The notes under the pieces are model-generated. The model was not told the origin of the DNA. It was given only the letters and a program-made list of their open reading frames with translations, and searched no databases. Positions 25,792 through 29,718 of a stretch of 29,718 nucleotides of DNA are shown here, one piece after another. Positions within the stretch are counted from its first letter, which is position 1. Every line of letters starts with the position of its first letter. Origin of the DNA: a virus. Lineage: Duplodnaviria > Caudoviricetes. Made by a program: the position numbers and the translations under genes. The DNA lies in the IMG/VR virus record IMGVR_UViG_3300032095_000017, positions 1-29,718 of that record; one strand, written 5' to 3'.

Positions 25792-26129
25792 GCCTGTATC
25801 GGGATTTACACATAGCCAATGGCGACTTGGTGCTGAATGCAGGCAACAACCCGGCATACCTCACCGACCGCGCCGTAATAGCTCAGGACGTAGTGCACGC
25901 CATTTTGGAAACCGGGCTGGCTCACCTGTTGATTGCCGACAGGGGCACCGGCGTGACAGCCGACACCCAGACCCGCATCAAACTGTTGGTTGAAGACGAC
26001 ACCAGAGTGATGCCGGGAACAGTGCGTGTTGAACAAGTGCAAAACGGCACCTGGTGGGTATTTGCCGACACCATCGACTTTGGCCCCATTTCATCGCAGC
26101 TGACAGCCGCGCCGACAACAGGATCTTGA
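25788..26129 (+). CDS. Baseplate protein (DUF2590, gpW/gp25-like)
   Basis: DRAVIAQDVVHAILETGL...LVEDDTRVMPGT; between TMP and J. Confidence 0.8.
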   Translation: MSLYRDLHIANGDLVLNAGNNPAYLTDRAVIAQDVVHAILETGLAHLLIADRGTGVTADTQTRIKLLVEDDTRVMPGTVRVEQVQNGTWWVFADTIDFGPISSQLTAAPTTGS

Positions 26130-26130
26130 T

Positions 26131-27321
26131 ATGGCAACACCGGATTTTAAAAAAATAGTGGAATCGGCGGGCATACCAACAACCGAAGACGCCTGGAAAG
26201 AACTCTTTAAACAGGACGTTGAAGCCGAGGGCAGCATCATTAACAACGACTCACCCTATTCACCCTTCTGGCGCTTGATCACCGCAATTATCATCAAGCC
26301 GGTGGTGTGGATTATCAACCGGGTGTTGATCGCCAAGATACTGCCGAACCTGTTTTTGATGACCGCCGATGATGATGCCTTTATTGAGACCAAAGCATGG
26401 GAGCACAACCTCAACCGCAAAGCAGAAAGCAAGCTGCTCGGCAAAATCCGCTTTAACCGCGCGGCAGGCAGTGGCCCAGGGTTATTGATACCGGCAGGCA
26501 CCGTTATCCAAACCGACCCAATCAATGGCACGGTTTACCGGGTGATAACCCTAGACGACAGCATATTGCCCACCAACGCGCCCAGTGTACTGGTACAGGT
26601 ACAAGCTGAGCAGCCGGGGGCCGCTTATAACCTCGCCGGGGGGTATTTCCATATCCTGCCGCAGGCAGTGCAAGGCATTGGCAGCGTGGTAAACGACAGC
26701 GATTGGATAGACGAGCCGGGCGCCGACAAAGAAAGCAATGAAGAGCTGAAACAGCGCACCCGCAACGCCTTTACCGCAGCAGCCCCTTGGCATATTGATG
26801 CCGTTTATCGCGCCATGCTTACCGAACGCGCTGGCATCAACGCCGACAACGTATTTTTTGAACACGATGCCCCGCGCGGGCCGGGCACTGCCAATGCCTA
26901 TATCTTGCTGGATACCGGCGAACCATCGCCGACTATGCTGCAGGACTTGAATCAGTACGTAATGGATAAAGGCTTCCATGGCCATGGTGACGACCTTCAG
27001 GTGATGGCAATGCCTGGGGTAGAGCATGACATTGGCCTGACGGTATACCCGCAGCCGGAGCTGCTTGAAAGCGAAGTCACCGCCATGCTGGCCAGCATAG
27101 ACAACTTTATCCGCTGTGCTTTCCGCGAAAACAGCGATTACAGCGACAAAGCCACCCGCACCGAACCGGCCAGCCGCTTTAGCTTCTCGCGCCTTGGCCA
27201 AGAGCTGCACCGCGAGTTTGCCGGAATTGAATCCTTGGAGTGGCAACAGCTGGATATCCAATCAGCCATGAATGTACCGCGCATCGGCACGCTCACCATT
27301 GACAACGGGGCCGCAGCATGA
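26131..27321 (+). CDS. J: Baseplate J/gp47-family protein
   Basis: NDSPYSPFWRL, PGADKESNEEL, HDAPRGPGTANAY and HGHGDD. Confidence 0.9.
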   Translation: MATPDFKKIVESAGIPTTEDAWKELFKQDVEAEGSIINNDSPYSPFWRLITAIIIKPVVWIINRVLIAKILPNLFLMTADDDAFIETKAWEHNLNRKAESKLLGKIRFNRAAGSGPGLLIPAGTVIQTDPINGTVYRVITLDDSILPTNAPSVLVQVQAEQPGAAYNLAGGYFHILPQAVQGIGSVVNDSDWIDEPGADKESNEELKQRTRNAFTAAAPWHIDAVYRAMLTERAGINADNVFFEHDAPRGPGTANAYILLDTGEPSPTMLQDLNQYVMDKGFHGHGDDLQVMAMPGVEHDIGLTVYPQPELLESEVTAMLASIDNFIRCAFRENSDYSDKATRTEPASRFSFSRLGQELHREFAGIESLEWQQLDIQSAMNVPRIGTLTIDNGAAA

Positions 27322-27968
27322 GTGCCGTGAACTGGCGTGATATCGCCGACACACTCACCAAAATGCCCTACTGGTTGGCCAGAACGGGCAGCGAGCTCGA
27401 CAAGCTGCGCCGCGCGGCTATCCGCTTTTGGCAGCGGGTTGAAGATGCTTTGGCATTTCCGGCACGCCAACTTGACCCCATGACCGCAGAACTTGAACTG
27501 GTTCACTTACTGGCATGGGAGCGGGATATAGAGCCACTGCCAAATGAGACTGAACAGCTGTACCGCACTCGGGTGAAATACGCCCTGCAGTTTGCCAAAG
27601 GGGCGGGCAGCAAACAGGGCTGGCTGGACATGTTTGCCAAGTTAGGCACTCCGTGGATCACCATAGACGAGCGCTTAAGCGAAACCGATTGGGACGTGGT
27701 CAGCCTGCAATTGTTGGACTCGGACCTATCAGAGCGCGCCGACTTGCTGGGGCATATTTGCCGCCAGTATGGCCGTACCACCAGGCGCTACCAGTACGAC
27801 ACTATTGCCAGTTTGCCACTGGTGGCGCCACCAACTGACTTTGATAACGAATCAATAACCGGATTTGCCAGGCTGTCGGACGACATGAGGCCAAAACTAG
27901 GCTTGGCATTGATGGATAACCAATCATCATTTGACATTGCATCACCCAGACAGCAGAGAAGATTTTAG
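27318..27968 (+). CDS. Baseplate/tail protein (gpI-like)
   Basis: QLDPMTA...LLAWERDI...AGSKQG...QYGRTTRRY. Confidence 0.8.
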   Translation: MSAVNWRDIADTLTKMPYWLARTGSELDKLRRAAIRFWQRVEDALAFPARQLDPMTAELELVHLLAWERDIEPLPNETEQLYRTRVKYALQFAKGAGSKQGWLDMFAKLGTPWITIDERLSETDWDVVSLQLLDSDLSERADLLGHICRQYGRTTRRYQYDTIASLPLVAPPTDFDNESITGFARLSDDMRPKLGLALMDNQSSFDIASPRQQRRF

Positions 27969-27976
27969 GAGAAACC

Positions 27977-29718
27977 ATGGGATCAGTTATTACTATTGCA
28001 GGCGAAAAACTCTTTGCTGCCAAGGCTCAGGCTAACCAGCAGCTGGACATTGACACCTTTATTTTTGCCAACGTGCCAGGGCAGGATCCTACTGCACCAA
28101 TTGACCGCGAAGAGCCACTGCCACCGCAGGCACAGATCGTGCATCAGCAAGTGGTGCAACAGGTTGGCCGTATCAATGAAAACGTAGTGGTTTACTCCAC
28201 TGTGTTGGATTCAGTGACCGGGCCTTTTGAGTTCAACTGGGTTGGGTTGTACTCCAGTGTTAACCAAACACTGGTTGCCATTAACCATGTGCCAACTGTG
28301 GCCAAGACAGTTACCGGCCCAGGTGTAGCAGGAAACACCCTCAACCGTAACTTTGGTATTGAGTACAGCGGCATTGCCGACTTGACTGGCATTACCGTGG
28401 CTCCAGAAACGTGGCAACTGGATTTTACTGCCCGCCTGAGCGGTATGGATGAGCTCACCCGCCAGCTGGCCGCCGACATGAATGGCAAGGACTGGTTTAT
28501 TGGTGACGGTTTTAAAGTGGTACCACGCGCCACGGCCAACTCATTTTCGGTCACGCCTGGAGTGGGATATGTCTCGGGTCTGCGCATAGAGCTGGAACAG
28601 GAGCACATCATCAATGTACAGACCTACCCACAGTTTGTTTACGTGGATGCTTGGTTTGCAGGTGATGCTAACAGTATGTGGAAGCCTAAAATAGCATTTA
28701 CTGTTAGTGATACGGAAATGGACGACTACATCGATGTGCAAGGTGTGCAGCACTATGTGTATAAGCTGGCATCTTTGAACGCAGGTGATAATTACAAAGA
28801 TTTACGAGTTAATGGAAGCTTATCTGAAAGAATTAATACTGCAATAAAATATACAACAACAAGTGAGCTGTTAACGGGTAAGTTTGATAAAGGTGGAGAA
28901 ATTGTTGCTGTAACAGATAGAGATTATAAGTTATTTAAAATAACTATTGGCGGCATACCTGATGGGACAGAAGTTTTAGATGCTGGAGGCGGAAATACTG
29001 CTGTCTATGTATTTGATAAATCGATTAGTGCTAGAGCTGTTGGACTAAAAGATGACGGGACAAGCCAAAATAGCGTAATGAATAAAATAGCTGCTATCAT
29101 TGCAGGGAATCCATACATAAGTATAAACTTCGAAAGCGGAGTATATATTATGTCAAAGGTGCAGTTCTCTGGTTTATCTAACTTTTCATTAAACTTTAAT
29201 GGTCGCGTTGTTTTTAAGCTGGATGATAAGGCAGAAGGATTTGCATTTAGGCTTGGTAATTGTTCTGAGTTTAGAACGTCAGGGACATTATATTATGATG
29301 GGAATAAATTAGAAAATGAAAGTGCAGGCTCTGGCGCTGGCGCAGGAAACGGAACAATATCATTTTCTGGCGGTTGTAGTAGATTTTATGTTGAGGCTAT
29401 AGACGGGGTTAATGGTTGGACTAATGGTGTTGCGTTTGACAATTGTAGCAACTTTGAGGTTAAAAAAATATCTTCTAATAACACAGCAAGAAGAGGGGTT
29501 ACAATATATAACTGTTCTGATTTCGAAATTGATGAAATTAAAGGTGATGGCTCTGATTTAAGCAATATTGTGTATGTAATAGGTTCAAGATTTTTCTTTA
29601 TCAGTAAAATTAAAGCAAAAAATTCAGGCGGCAGTAACGCTGTATTATTTGAAATTGGATGTAAGGATTTTTCTGTAGGAAAGATTTTAACAAATAATAG
29701 TTATAGTGGAATAAAGTT
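27977..29718 (+). CDS. Tail fibre/tailspike, N-terminal part (continues across the junction to 827)
   Basis: Not in the ORF track because there is no stop before the contig end. RBS aggaga, ATG at 27977; MGSVITIAGE...GPFEFNWVGL...TWQLDFTARL baseplate-attachment domain, then beta-helix repeats. Confidence 0.9.
   Translation, partial: MGSVITIAGEKLFAAKAQANQQLDIDTFIFANVPGQDPTAPIDREEPLPPQAQIVHQQVVQQVGRINENVVVYSTVLDSVTGPFEFNWVGLYSSVNQTLVAINHVPTVAKTVTGPGVAGNTLNRNFGIEYSGIADLTGITVAPETWQLDFTARLSGMDELTRQLAADMNGKDWFIGDGFKVVPRATANSFSVTPGVGYVSGLRIELEQEHIINVQTYPQFVYVDAWFAGDANSMWKPKIAFTVSDTEMDDYIDVQGVQHYVYKLASLNAGDNYKDLRVNGSLSERINTAIKYTTTSELLTGKFDKGGEIVAVTDRDYKLFKITIGGIPDGTEVLDAGGGNTAVYVFDKSISARAVGLKDDGTSQNSVMNKIAAIIAGNPYISINFESGVYIMSKVQFSGLSNFSLNFNGRVVFKLDDKAEGFAFRLGNCSEFRTSGTLYYDGNKLENESAGSGAGAGNGTISFSGGCSRFYVEAIDGVNGWTNGVAFDNCSNFEVKKISSNNTARRGVTIYNCSDFEIDEIKGDGSDLSNIVYVIGSRFFFISKIKAKNSGGSNAVLFEIGCKDFSVGKILTNNSYSGIK
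29664..29718 (+). repeat. Terminal direct repeat, copy 2
   Basis: Identical to 1-55. Confidence 0.97.

Larger units (their letters stand above)
1..29718. mobile_element. Complete circular P2-like (HP1/K139-type) phage genome, lacking an integrase
   Basis: Terminal 55-bp overlap; full P2-type gene set in HP1/K139 order (cox, cII, gpA, ogr, Q, P, O, N, M, L, sheath, tube, lysis, TMP, J, fibre); no host genes. Confidence 0.95.

Noticed and set aside
27977-29718. Invertible tail-fibre cassette or diversity-generating retroelement
   Set aside because: No invertase or reverse transcriptase, and no inverted or template/variable repeats noticed.

Overview
The window is a complete circular P2-like (Peduoviridae, HP1/K139-type) myophage genome of 29,663 bp; bases 29664-29718 repeat bases 1-55. 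The host is probably a gammaproteobacterium, possibly Shewanella. It carries the usual modules: cox/cII early region, rolling-circle rep gpA with internal ori, ogr, portal/terminase/capsid, contractile tail, pesticin-type endolysin, and an AT-rich beta-helix tailspike spanning the contig ends. Three things stand out. (1) An anti-CRISPR-type operon at 10529-11678: a strong promoter with an 18-bp palindromic operator, two small genes I cannot assign to any known family, and aca2. Each small gene is preceded by its own copy of a 44-nt double-hairpin leader showing compensatory base changes, so both are strong candidate new anti-CRISPR/anti-defence proteins. (2) The cI repressor is cut in the middle of its HTH and fused directly to the tmRNA-3'-end att core, and no integrase is found anywhere, as if the lysogeny module was excised site-specifically. 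(3) The terminase endonuclease subunit (gpM) lacks a start codon for its N-terminal part and appears to need a -1 frameshift at A-AAA-AAG. All family assignments come from motif recognition and memory, not from database searches.
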